Shown: positions 26,324 through 34,658 of the stretch, one piece after another | How the letters are laid out: each line of letters opens with the position of its first letter | How positions within the stretch are numbered: the stretch's first letter is position 1 | From: a virus | Lineage: Duplodnaviria > Heunggongvirae > Uroviricota > Caudoviricetes | Direction: 5' to 3' (one strand) | DNA length: 48,256 nucleotides | Virus record (IMG/VR): IMGVR_UViG_3300027833_000012 | Coordinates: 1-48,256 of that record | Made by a program: the position numbers and the translations under genes | The notes under the pieces: model-generated | Databases searched by the model: none | Seen by the model: only the letters and a program-made list of their open reading frames with translations | What the model was told of the DNA's origin: nothing

Positions 26324-26412
26324 ATATTGTTTTTAATTTTAATAAGTCTGCAACCTTATAACCTTTAATTATAAGGTCTAAGACTTATATTTTTTTTTTG
26401 TTTACACTCTTA

Positions 26413-28230
26413 TTACTGTAAGAATGTTATTTCTACTCTACGATTAGATGCTCTACCACTTGAAGTATTGTTATTAGATACTGGTTGACTTGAACCCTTA
26501 CCATCTACTTCTTGTATCCTATCTCTAGATATCCCTCTATTAATTAAGTATTTTACTACTGATTGTGCTCTCTGTTTAGATAATGGTAAATTAACAGCTG
26601 AAGAACCAGTATTGTCAGTATGTCCAATTACTCTAACCTTTGTTTGTTCAGCTTGAATAAGTAAGTTATAAATTTTACTAATATCCCCATTAGACTCACT
26701 CTTAATAACATCGCTACCAGTTGAGAACTTAATTCTCCATTCACCATTAGCCATAACATTAGTTTTAGTTGGTGTGTAGTCTACTTTTTCAGTTACCCCA
26801 GCTTCAATGTCATTAATATTCTTCAAGAAGTATAAATTAACAGCTTCATTATAAGGTGTTACACCATCTACAGATTCATTAAAACCGAATGGATTTAATT
26901 CAGTTAAGTAAGTTGATACTTGATTATAAACTGACTTATATCTATTCACACCATCTGTGATACCGTAATATTGCATAGCATCTGAGTAAGTTAAAACTCT
27001 AGTACCTCCGATGTTATATTCAATACCATTTTTATTACCCTTTTGACCCTTAAACATATCATACCAGAACTTTGGTGTTTTCATCCCAAATGTTTTTTGA
27101 ACTGTTTCAGAACCTCTCACAGCCCACTCATCATATTGCTTAATTTGATTTGAAGCAGTAAGTGCTGACTTAAGGATATTAGAAACAACCTTTGGATGCT
27201 TAACTGCCCATTCTTTAACTACAATAAGCGTGGTTGCCATTTGATTCGGAAAGTCACTTGTAGATGCGATATCTGTAAAGCCTGATAGAGCATCAAATAC
27301 CATCTTATCACCTGGAGTCCATGTTGCACATCCATCAATTAACCTATCAACAGTTTCACCAGTTAATTTACCATCCTTAACTACCTTTAAACCAGTAACT
27401 TTAAAACCTGTAGTTTGTGAAGCGATTAATTCTTTAGCTGAATTAATGTAGTCATCATCCGCTGAAGGGAAGAAGTTTACTGCATCCGCATCATAAGTTG
27501 TAAAATCTGGATTAACTTTCAATCCATTTGCAAAACAATAGTTAAGTGTTGTTACCCAGTCACCATCACCAGGCACTACTGATATTACTGAACCTAACAT
27601 TGATTTAGGGTTAGTTTTCCATTCTAATGGACCAATTAATTTATCCTCACCATTAGACATTCCAAATGCACCTACAACTTGAACATGATATTTATCCTTA
27701 CCAAACTTTTTATCTAATTGAGATTGCATGGTTGAGATATAGAATGGTGCTCCATCACCCATAATCATAATACCCATTGCTGACTTGTCTGACTTAGGAT
27801 ATTCTTGACCACTATCATACTCTTCAATAAATTTCATCTGCATAGACCTTAAATCCTTAAGCCAATCTTGTCTTATGATTTCTAAGTTAACACCATTTTG
27901 TTCCATTAAAGAACCCTTTGTAGTTCTTGGACCACCATTAGAAACTATAATTGGTGTTTGTCCGTTCCAAGCATAACCAGCTAACCTAACTAGAGGTGTT
28001 TTAGTTATTGAAGTTGAAGCTTCATTTGTCGGTAACGACATTAAATTAGAATGTGTAACATTATCTAATTTCTGGTTGTCTACAACCATTACATCTAACT
28101 TTTTAGATTCACCAACTCTTAATCCTGGAGCTAAGTAAAATAGTCCTACACCTAAGACTGCTAAAACCATTACTAACATTAACCCCTCAGCAAATGTAGT
28201 TAATCCTTTTCTTTTAAAAATTTTTCCCAT
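26413..28230 (-). CDS. membrane-anchored ABC substrate-binding protein fused to C-terminal OmpA domain
   Basis: N-terminal TM; C-terminal FSTGS...VIGHTDNTGS...NLPLSKQRAQSV...NRRVEI. Confidence 0.85.
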   Translation of the reverse strand: MGKIFKRKGLTTFAEGLMLVMVLAVLGVGLFYLAPGLRVGESKKLDVMVVDNQKLDNVTHSNLMSLPTNEASTSITKTPLVRLAGYAWNGQTPIIVSNGGPRTTKGSLMEQNGVNLEIIRQDWLKDLRSMQMKFIEEYDSGQEYPKSDKSAMGIMIMGDGAPFYISTMQSQLDKKFGKDKYHVQVVGAFGMSNGEDKLIGPLEWKTNPKSMLGSVISVVPGDGDWVTTLNYCFANGLKVNPDFTTYDADAVNFFPSADDDYINSAKELIASQTTGFKVTGLKVVKDGKLTGETVDRLIDGCATWTPGDKMVFDALSGFTDIASTSDFPNQMATTLIVVKEWAVKHPKVVSNILKSALTASNQIKQYDEWAVRGSETVQKTFGMKTPKFWYDMFKGQKGNKNGIEYNIGGTRVLTYSDAMQYYGITDGVNRYKSVYNQVSTYLTELNPFGFNESVDGVTPYNEAVNLYFLKNINDIEAGVTEKVDYTPTKTNVMANGEWRIKFSTGSDVIKSESNGDISKIYNLLIQAEQTKVRVIGHTDNTGSSAVNLPLSKQRAQSVVKYLINRGISRDRIQEVDGKGSSQPVSNNNTSSGRASNRRVEITFLQ

Positions 28231-28336
28231 AATACTTTTTTTATTATTTATTTATTGTTATTAATTAGATGACAAATATACGAACTTTTTATGGTTCTCA
28301 CAAATATTTGTCATCTTTTTTTATTTTTTTTTTACT

Positions 28337-29440
28337 TTAAAATATTCCTTCACCAAATCCACCAGAATTTAACTTATCTTCATGTGTGAATTCATAGTCT
28401 TCACCACTATAAGCCTTAGCTGATTTAGTTATATTAATACCAGTGTTAATGTCATCAGCTAAATTACTTAAGTTATCAAATAATTCATCAGAATCTAATG
28501 GGTAGTTTGTCATTAGATAATCTATATCTTTTAAATTACCGTTAGTTTCAGCAATATCTTGTGCTATTGTAGATGTTACAATATCTAAAGCATAATCTAA
28601 CTCCCAACCAGTTGTTTCACCCATAGCACTCTTTGCCGCTTGAGTAGCATTCTTAGATTCTTGAGCAAATGCATAATCATCCTTAAGAATTGATATAGTA
28701 GCGTCGAAATCAAGAATTTTAATTTCCATAGCTGATTCAACCATACCCAACCTTTGACCAAATTTTTTCATCATATTAGCTCTTGTACCATACTTAATAA
28801 CAAATTGTTGTTTTTGTTTAAGCATATTACCCTTTCTATTCCCTTCAGCAGTCTTGTGCCTAAATTCTTTAGCTAAATTTATGTATTTATCGTCATTTTT
28901 AGCCTTTTCACCCATTTTTTGGACTAGTACTTTCATCTTACCCTTAATATCACTGGTATCTTGACTTATCTTAACTATTTGTTTTTGCAAGTGTTTACTA
29001 GTTTCCTCAGCTTCAGCGGCACCTACCTCACTTTTCCTTTTAAGGTCCATAATTTTACCCTTAGATTGGTGAACTTTAGTTTTATTTAACTTCATTTCAG
29101 CCTTATGCTTTTCTAATTCAGCAAATGGGTCGTGCTTTATTAAACTCTTGTGTAAAAATCTAGTAAATAAACGTATACCCTTAATTATTACTGGTGACAT
29201 TATTACTAATGCTACAACTATAAATAATGTAGCTGAGATTGCTAAGACTTGACCTATAGCTTTAAAAACCACTGGTAATACATAAATCCAAGAAAAATAC
29301 ATAACTGCTATTAATATCCCTAATTTAAGGAACCAGAATATACCCTTTTCACCCTTTCTAAATGACTCTATTTTTTTACCTATTTCACCTTCTTCAAAGT
29401 GTTGAAGGTACGGTAGAGTATTTTGATAATCTTTTTTCAT
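28337..29440 (-). CDS. two-TM, long coiled-coil protein
   Basis: Two N-terminal TM segments then heptad-rich helix; co-operonic with the ABC genes. Confidence 0.6.
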   Translation of the reverse strand: MKKDYQNTLPYLQHFEEGEIGKKIESFRKGEKGIFWFLKLGILIAVMYFSWIYVLPVVFKAIGQVLAISATLFIVVALVIMSPVIIKGIRLFTRFLHKSLIKHDPFAELEKHKAEMKLNKTKVHQSKGKIMDLKRKSEVGAAEAEETSKHLQKQIVKISQDTSDIKGKMKVLVQKMGEKAKNDDKYINLAKEFRHKTAEGNRKGNMLKQKQQFVIKYGTRANMMKKFGQRLGMVESAMEIKILDFDATISILKDDYAFAQESKNATQAAKSAMGETTGWELDYALDIVTSTIAQDIAETNGNLKDIDYLMTNYPLDSDELFDNLSNLADDINTGINITKSAKAYSGEDYEFTHEDKLNSGGFGEGIF

Positions 29441-29454
29441 AATTTATTTATTTT

Positions 29455-30147
29455 TTAGTTAATATTTTGTTTAACTCCGTTTACTACTTTTAATATTGAT
29501 TTTACAATTGTATCTCTGGCAATATCATTAGCCATTAATTTACATTTAATTTCAGTAATAATAGGTGAATATTTGTTGTCAATTTCTCTTAACTCACCCT
29601 CTTTAGACTTCTTTAATTGTTGTAAACTATATATTTGAGAATCGATATCTGATAATTCTTTAGTTAAGGCTTGCTCTTCTGAATTTTTAGAATTTAACGT
29701 TTCATTACTCTTCGATTGACCATTTTCGTCATAGTGTTTATGAACCTTAGTAATTTCATCTAAGTAATAGTCAGATTGCTTTAATAATGTAGTTTTTGTA
29801 ACACTAGCATCCATAGCCTTAGCCATTGTAAAAGCCATATCATACATAGCACTATTATCTATACCAGACTTAGATACCGCTTTATAATATTCGTAAAAAT
29901 CATAACCATCTAAATTCAGACCATCAAAACCTTGCTCATATAAACCCATAATCTTTTCTAAGTGTGGTTCACAAGATGGATTACTTGGTGTTACATCGAT
30001 TGTCTTTTTAGGGAAAGTAGTGGCTATTTTTGAATAATCCACATTTTCACCCATTGGTTCGAAGTTACTCTTAAAAGTCTTAGTTTCTTTAACTTCTTTT
30101 TTCTCACTTTCACCTTCGTTGGTGAAAAATAAATCTTTAAATCCCAT
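29455..30147 (-). CDS. hypothetical coiled-coil protein
   Basis: First gene of the operon after the promoter at 30173. Confidence 0.65.
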   Translation of the reverse strand: MGFKDLFFTNEGESEKKEVKETKTFKSNFEPMGENVDYSKIATTFPKKTIDVTPSNPSCEPHLEKIMGLYEQGFDGLNLDGYDFYEYYKAVSKSGIDNSAMYDMAFTMAKAMDASVTKTTLLKQSDYYLDEITKVHKHYDENGQSKSNETLNSKNSEEQALTKELSDIDSQIYSLQQLKKSKEGELREIDNKYSPIITEIKCKLMANDIARDTIVKSILKVVNGVKQNIN

Positions 30148-30224
30148 ATTTTATTTATTAAAATTATTTACACAAAGATATGTAAAATAAATCGTTCTAC
30201 CAAATATTATTTAATTTAATTAAT

Positions 30225-30342
30225 CAGAATGGTATATTACGTGCTCTACCCCTGAGCTACCGAGGCTACGAAGAACCCCAGGTTGGATTCGAACCAACGA
30301 CCCCGACCTTAAAAGAGTATAGTTAATTGCTGAAACCATTCT
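30225..30342 (-). ncRNA. circularly permuted tRNA-mimic (Y-RNA/YrlA-like topology) with CAGCAA motif
   Basis: AGAATGGT...ACCATTCT terminal stem; order is TTCAGCAA, Lys-like loop CTTTTAA, T-arm GTTGG-TTCGAAT-CCAAC, acceptor closed by a loop, D-arm AGCTCAGGGGTAGAGC. Confidence 0.7.
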
Positions 30343-30433
30343 TTATTTCCTTAAAAAAAACAACTTATTAACAAAACAAGTTTTTGAGTTGGAACAGACT
30401 TCCAACTCAATACATTGCAAATATACTACTAAT

Positions 30434-30817
30434 TTATTTATTTTGCAACTTTGTGACCAAGTTTATTTTACCATAATATTCTTTTCTTATTTCTTCATCA
30501 AACACTTCAAAAGAGTCAATATATATTGAATAGTTTTTTGGGTTATGGATATCATTAGTTAAAGGAACATAACACCCAGTTTTAGTACCTACTTTACAAT
30601 TTTGGGTACAACGTATTTTACAACGCCCCTCAATATCGTAAATGTAAATTTCCTTAACGTAAGGTCTAAATTCTTTATAATAATTAATATGTTCAGATAA
30701 AGTTCTAAACCTACAAGTACGTCTACTTGTTTTCCAATATTTAACCTCACCATTAAATAATTGAGGGTTAACAGTATCTTCATTTTGTTCTCTATCATCT
30801 ACAAAATATATTTCCAT
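30434..30817 (-). CDS. hypothetical protein
   Basis: 127-aa ORF. Confidence 0.6.
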   Translation of the reverse strand: MEIYFVDDREQNEDTVNPQLFNGEVKYWKTSRRTCRFRTLSEHINYYKEFRPYVKEIYIYDIEGRCKIRCTQNCKVGTKTGCYVPLTNDIHNPKNYSIYIDSFEVFDEEIRKEYYGKINLVTKLQNK

Positions 30818-30847
30818 AATTTATTTATTTTACAACTTAAATGTTAA

Positions 30848-31540
30848 TTAATCTCTAATATTATCCCACTTACGTAATAAAACACTTGGACTAAAGGCTT
30901 CTTCGCTATTAAGATTTTCAACTAATAATTTTGCAACTTTTTCGTATAATTGATGATATTTCTTTTCATAATCTAATACCTCTATATATTTTGAATCTAC
31001 ATAATCAGTTAACCAAACACCATTTTTTGATTTATAGAATTTACAACCATCTTCAATCATTTTAGTAGTATTAACCTCAAGTATGATAGGTTTACCTCTA
31101 CGACTACCAACATTTTTAGCTGTACCAATATCACTACTTAAATGTACATGTTGTCTATTCATCTTTTTTAATCCCATGGATTTTATATCCTTTAGATATT
31201 TTTCTACTGTACCATGGTATAAAATACTTGGTGGTACAAGTTCTTCCATATCTAAATCAACATTAATGGAATGACCTTGATTGGCTCTAATTGCTGATTT
31301 ATTGTTATTAAATGTAAATCTTTTTTTATCGTTTGATTCTACAATTTCTATTAATTCATCGTATAGTAGGGTTATACCCTTAATTTCATAAATGTTAATT
31401 AATAACTCATCTACATTCACCCAACCTTTATCATCCATTTTTAAATTAAGTATGTGGGGTTTATGTCTAAGTACTAGACTTAATAATTTACTAATTTTTT
31501 TCATAATATTATTTTTATTATTCATATTACAAATATACAT
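30848..31540 (-). CDS. kptA: RNA 2'-phosphotransferase (Tpt1/KptA); true start probably downstream of promoter 31530
   Basis: SKLLSLVLRH, NDKKRF, IRANQGHS, LYHGT, RQHVHLS, NGVWLT. Confidence 0.93.
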   Translation of the reverse strand: MYICNMNNKNNIMKKISKLLSLVLRHKPHILNLKMDDKGWVNVDELLINIYEIKGITLLYDELIEIVESNDKKRFTFNNNKSAIRANQGHSINVDLDMEELVPPSILYHGTVEKYLKDIKSMGLKKMNRQHVHLSSDIGTAKNVGSRRGKPIILEVNTTKMIEDGCKFYKSKNGVWLTDYVDSKYIEVLDYEKKYHQLYEKVAKLLVENLNSEEAFSPSVLLRKWDNIRD

Positions 31541-31578
31541 AAAAAAAATAAGACTAACAAATAAATGTTAATCTTATT
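31541..31578 (-). terminator. terminator closing tRNA operon 2
   Basis: AATAAGATTAACA...TGTTAGTCTTATT plus T-run. Confidence 0.75.
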
Positions 31579-31583
31579 TCTAG

Positions 31584-31655
31584 CCGTCCATCTCAGAATC
31601 GAACTGAGAGCAACCGAGAGACAGTCGGTCATGTTAGCCATTACACCAATGGACG
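31584..31655 (-). tRNA. tRNA-Asp(GTC)
   Basis: ACCGA-CTGTCTC-TCGGT arm, G73. Confidence 0.88.
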
Positions 31656-31660
31656 GAATA

Positions 31661-31731
31661 GGAATATTGTAGGATTCGAACCTACGACTGCGGCTCTTTG
31701 GCCACCGTGCTAACCTCTACACTAAATATTC
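31661..31731 (-). tRNA. tRNA-like gene, undetermined (6-nt loop CAAAGA)
   Basis: Intact acceptor, D and T arms; GTGGC/GCCGC stem. Confidence 0.5.
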
Positions 31732-31828
31732 TAACTATCTACAAATGACTGCCATCATCCTTCAATAGAACAGCCTTGATACTTCATTTCAGTTGGCAGA
31801 CTTACTCAAATTTATCTCACTGTTTTTG

Positions 31829-31901
31829 TGGAGCTACTCGGAATCGAACCGAGGACTGGGATTTGCAAAACCCCTATTTTAGCCAATTAAACTATAACCC
31901 C
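31829..31901 (-). tRNA. tRNA-Ala(TGC)
   Basis: Loop TTTGCAA, G3:U70. Confidence 0.9.
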
Positions 31902-32043
31902 ATTTTTGTTAGATTTCGTACCGTTATCACACTTCAGTACAAGTCGCTATCAATTTATCTAACACACTTCCAATGCTACCTATCTAGGTTATTTAAACAC
32001 CTTTGCGTCCCTAGCGGTATTGTGTGACACCGTTTCTTTATTG

Positions 32044-32116
32044 TATTCCAGAAGGGAATCGAACCCTCATTTTGCGATAGAAAGTCGCACGTCCTAAGCC
32101 ATTAGACGACTGGAAC
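32044..32116 (-). tRNA. tRNA-Glu(TTC)
   Basis: TGCGA-CTTTCTA-TCGCA arm. Confidence 0.88.
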
Positions 32117-32209
32117 ATTTGTAATTCTTCCTTTACTTATATTAACACTCCGATTGAACTTAATCTATCCCAGGCGTTACTTCCTGGCTCGTCTGGTATT
32201 AATATCTAG

Positions 32210-32283
32210 CGGATGTCACGGGGGTCGAACCCGCAATCTTCTGAGTGACAGTCAGATATGTTACCAATCAACACCTCACATCC
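32210..32283 (-). tRNA. tRNA-Asp(GTC)
   Basis: TCTGA-CTGTCAC-TCAGA arm, G73. Confidence 0.88.
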
Positions 32284-32354
32284 GTTTTATAGTCTTTCCT
32301 AACAGTCATACTCAATACATTGGCTGGTTGTAAATCAGCTATACAATGCGTTTG

Positions 32355-32428
32355 TAACCCTAGTGGGAGTCGAACCCACGACCTTATCCTTGAAAGGGAT
32401 ACGACTTTTCCTATTCGTCCATAGGGTC
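32355..32428 (-). tRNA. tRNA-Glu(TTC)
   Basis: TATCC-CTTTCAA-GGATA arm. Confidence 0.88.
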
Positions 32429-32553
32429 ATATAATAATAGGTGGAAAGAGTTTTATTTTGCTCTTATTACATGCACGACTTTGTGCAAAACTCACAAATA
32501 CCGATGAATTTAATCATTATCACTTAAAGCGTTTCGATATCTATTATTTATTG

Positions 32554-32629
32554 CCGTCCTAGAGGGGTTCGAACCCTCGTTTTTGAGCAGAGACAGTGCA
32601 AATCCCCTTCCAATGGGGCTCATAAGACG
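32554..32629 (-). tRNA. tRNA-Asp(GTC), weak anticodon stem
   Basis: GCA-CTGTCTC-TGC arm, G73. Confidence 0.75.
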
Positions 32630-32633
32630 TTAG

Positions 32634-32706
32634 TGAGGGCAACTGGTATCGAACCAGTATCTTTCGGGCTTCAACCGAACGCATAGACCATCTTTGCTAT
32701 ACCCCC
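32634..32706 (-). tRNA. tRNA-Phe(GAA)
   Basis: TTCGG-TTGAAGC-CCGAA arm, A73. Confidence 0.88.
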
Positions 32707-32719
32707 TTGTTTGTTATGT

Positions 32720-32727
32720 CAAAGATA
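32720..32727 (-). promoter_or_regulatory. internal TATCTTTG promoter-like site just upstream of tRNA-Phe
   Basis: TAnnTTTG match 14 nt before the tRNA. Confidence 0.55.
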
Positions 32728-32763
32728 CAAAAAATAAATTTAACTACCAAACTTTTTTTTTAA

Positions 32764-33081
32764 TTAATAACCATTTTCTTTTTTCCATTGGTCATGCATA
32801 AAAACCACTTTACCATATGCTGAACCTTTACCTTCAGTAATGTTTATGAAACCATTTTCTTCAGTTATTACTGATTCTTCTGGTCTAACTGAACCTCTAT
32901 ACTTCTTCCCATAACTACCAGTTAGTTCTTTTGTGGCTGGGTCAATATCACCCCAAGTACTATGACCATTACCTATCCATTCTATATAGTATTTCTTTCC
33001 AGTTTCTGGGAAATACATTATTTCTCTTCCAGTTTCATCTCTATTAACTAAGAAATCTTTAATCACATTTTTCATAACCAT
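32764..33081 (-). CDS. hypothetical protein, first gene after attenuator 2
   Basis: 105-aa ORF (WGDIDPATKELTGSYGKKYRGSV). Confidence 0.75.
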   Translation of the reverse strand: MVMKNVIKDFLVNRDETGREIMYFPETGKKYYIEWIGNGHSTWGDIDPATKELTGSYGKKYRGSVRPEESVITEENGFINITEGKGSAYGKVVFMHDQWKKENGY

Positions 33082-33094
33082 TTAAATTTAAAGC

Positions 33095-33124
33095 AAAAAA
33101 AAACTCGAATCTTTCGAATCGAGC
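33095..33124 (-). terminator. attenuator terminator of tRNA operon 2
   Basis: GCTCGATTC-GAAA-GATTCGAGT plus T9; leader segment GGTCGAGT (33165-33172) can pair with its 5' arm. Confidence 0.8.
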
Positions 33125-33149
33125 TTGTTATTTAGTTTAGTTGTTACAC

Positions 33150-33242
33150 TTAACTTTTGACACTACTCGACCTCCCCAGGCTAAAATCAGCCTCGGCATT
33201 TGCTTCAAACGCAAAATCAAATATGTAGTTAAATGTATTCAT
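33150..33242 (-). CDS. leader peptide 2, MNTFNYIFDFAFEANAEADFSLGRSSSVKS (30 aa)
   Basis: Lies between promoter 33303 and terminator 33095; codons 4-20 are 13/17 F/D/A/E, the tRNA species found downstream. Confidence 0.85.
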   Translation of the reverse strand: MNTFNYIFDFAFEANAEADFSLGRSSSVKS

Positions 33243-33302
33243 CTTTTTTATTTTTATAATTTTAATCAGAAGTATCTTTTACCTCTTTATTTTAAATATA
33301 CA

Positions 33303-33310
33303 CAAATATA
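33303..33310 (-). promoter_or_regulatory. TATATTTG promoter of tRNA operon 2
   Basis: -7 box with upstream TTGCAC. Confidence 0.78.
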
Positions 33311-33339
33311 CTAAAAGTTTATTTATTGTGCAAGTTTTT

Positions 33340-33546
33340 TTATTTATTTATTTCTGCAACGTCAGAAATTTTAACTTTAAATCTAATTCTTTCACCAGAA
33401 TCAGTCTTTTCCATAATTAATATTGTTGGTGATAAATCAACTGTGTCAAAAGTTTTGAACGTATTTAAAATAGTAAAATCACTATCTTTTAATGTCTCAC
33501 TTAATTTCTCAAATATTTCACTATAAATTTTATTATTATCCATCAT
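33340..33546 (-). CDS. hypothetical protein
   Basis: 68-aa ORF after the promoter at 33562. Confidence 0.6.
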   Translation of the reverse strand: MMDNNKIYSEIFEKLSETLKDSDFTILNTFKTFDTVDLSPTILIMEKTDSGERIRFKVKISDVAEINK

Positions 33547-33609
33547 TATTTCATTACACTACAAATATACTAACAATTATTCTTAATGTCAAGTATATTT
33601 GTATTTATT

Positions 33610-34215
33610 TTAATTATTTATATAAAATATCTTGAAATACTTCTTAATATCCAAGTATAGTTCAGAATCATTCTTTAATTCTATCTCATCTCCATTATCG
33701 AAGAATGTATCCCATTCTTCAATAGATTTATTTTTACAACCTATATTTAAAGTTCCATTTTCTTTTTTTTCAAATGACCAGTAGGCTATTTTTAAATCTC
33801 CATTTTGAACGAAACCTTTTAGAGATGTAATCAAATTGTTTCTTAAAGCTAAAGTTCCATTTTGCACGAAACCTTTTAAAGATGTGATTCGATTGTTTGC
33901 TAAATTTAGGGTACCATTCTGCACGAAACCATCTAAGGATGTGATTTGGTTTTTACTTAAAGATAAAAAACCATTTTGCACAAAGCCATTTAAGGATGTG
34001 ATTTGATTACCACTTAAAAATAAATATCCATTTTGTACGAATCCATCTAAGGATGTGATTTGGTTGTTTCTTAAATCTAAAATACCATTTTGTACGAACC
34101 CATCTAAGGATGTGATATTTTTATTATCTAAATCTAAAATACCATTTTGATGCATCTTTCCATCAACCATCTTAAATGGTAAATCATTCTCTCTAATATA
34201 GTCACAAATATTCAT
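33610..34215 (-). CDS. leucine-rich repeat protein, 6 x 19-aa repeats
   Basis: Same caps and repeat unit as 13590..15326. Confidence 0.9.
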   Translation of the reverse strand: MNICDYIRENDLPFKMVDGKMHQNGILDLDNKNITSLDGFVQNGILDLRNNQITSLDGFVQNGYLFLSGNQITSLNGFVQNGFLSLSKNQITSLDGFVQNGTLNLANNRITSLKGFVQNGTLALRNNLITSLKGFVQNGDLKIAYWSFEKKENGTLNIGCKNKSIEEWDTFFDNGDEIELKNDSELYLDIKKYFKIFYINN

Positions 34216-34276
34216 AATATATTTATTTTAATTATTGTTGATTACAAATATACGAATAATATTTCAAACTACCAAA

Positions 34277-34444
34277 CTATTCTGAAATTAATTCTAATAA
34301 CATAGATAATGGAAATAATATTACATTAATTAAAAATATTATAATTAACTTAAATTTATTTATATTATTTTTATAATATAATTTAATTATTGTATCACCC
34401 CATAATATACCTATTATTACATATATTACTATATATTCTAACAT
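34277..34444 (-). CDS. 55-aa two-TM membrane peptide (not in ORF track)
   Basis: Manual translation MLEYIVIYVIIGILWGDTIIKLYYKNNINKFKLIIIFLINVILFPLSMLLELISE; TAATTTTG at 34475. Confidence 0.5.
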   Translation of the reverse strand: MLEYIVIYVIIGILWGDTIIKLYYKNNINKFKLIIIFLINVILFPLSMLLELISE

Positions 34445-34540
34445 TATTATATATTATTTTTATATTTCGTTAAGACAAAATTACTGATATTATTTTTAAT
34501 ATGCAACATTTTTTATAATTTATCATAAATATACATATAT

Positions 34541-34570
34541 AAAAAAAGATACCCGTAATGAATATCTTTT
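34541..34570 (-). terminator. terminator closing tRNA operon 3
   Basis: AAAGATA...TATCTTT hairpin plus T-run. Confidence 0.65.
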
Positions 34571-34579
34571 AAACTTAGT

Positions 34580-34658
34580 TGGTACCCCTGGTGGGAATCG
34601 AACCCACGAAACAATGGTTTCTAAGACCATTCTGCATTCCAACGTGCAGCACAAGGGC
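34580..34658 (-). tRNA. tRNA-Leu(TAG), short variable region, CCA encoded
   Basis: ATGGT-CTTAGAA-ACCAT arm, A73. Confidence 0.85.

Noticed and set aside
26343-26399. Long hairpin between the SBP-OmpA and beta-barrel genes as a minus-strand terminator
   Set aside because: The T-run is on the plus strand, so it does not fit a terminator for these genes; possibly a stability element, but support is insufficient.
31985-32035. GGGACGCAAAG...GGTAGC resemblance to a c-di-GMP-I riboswitch
   Set aside because: Lacks the GGCAAAC/GAAA P2 and tetraloop receptor, folds into alternative local hairpins, and has no downstream ORF to regulate.
31905-32205. Hammerhead ribozymes in tRNA spacers
   Set aside because: Cores deviate (CAGACGA...GATA; CTGAAGT with no good stem I); retained only as unassigned structured spacers.
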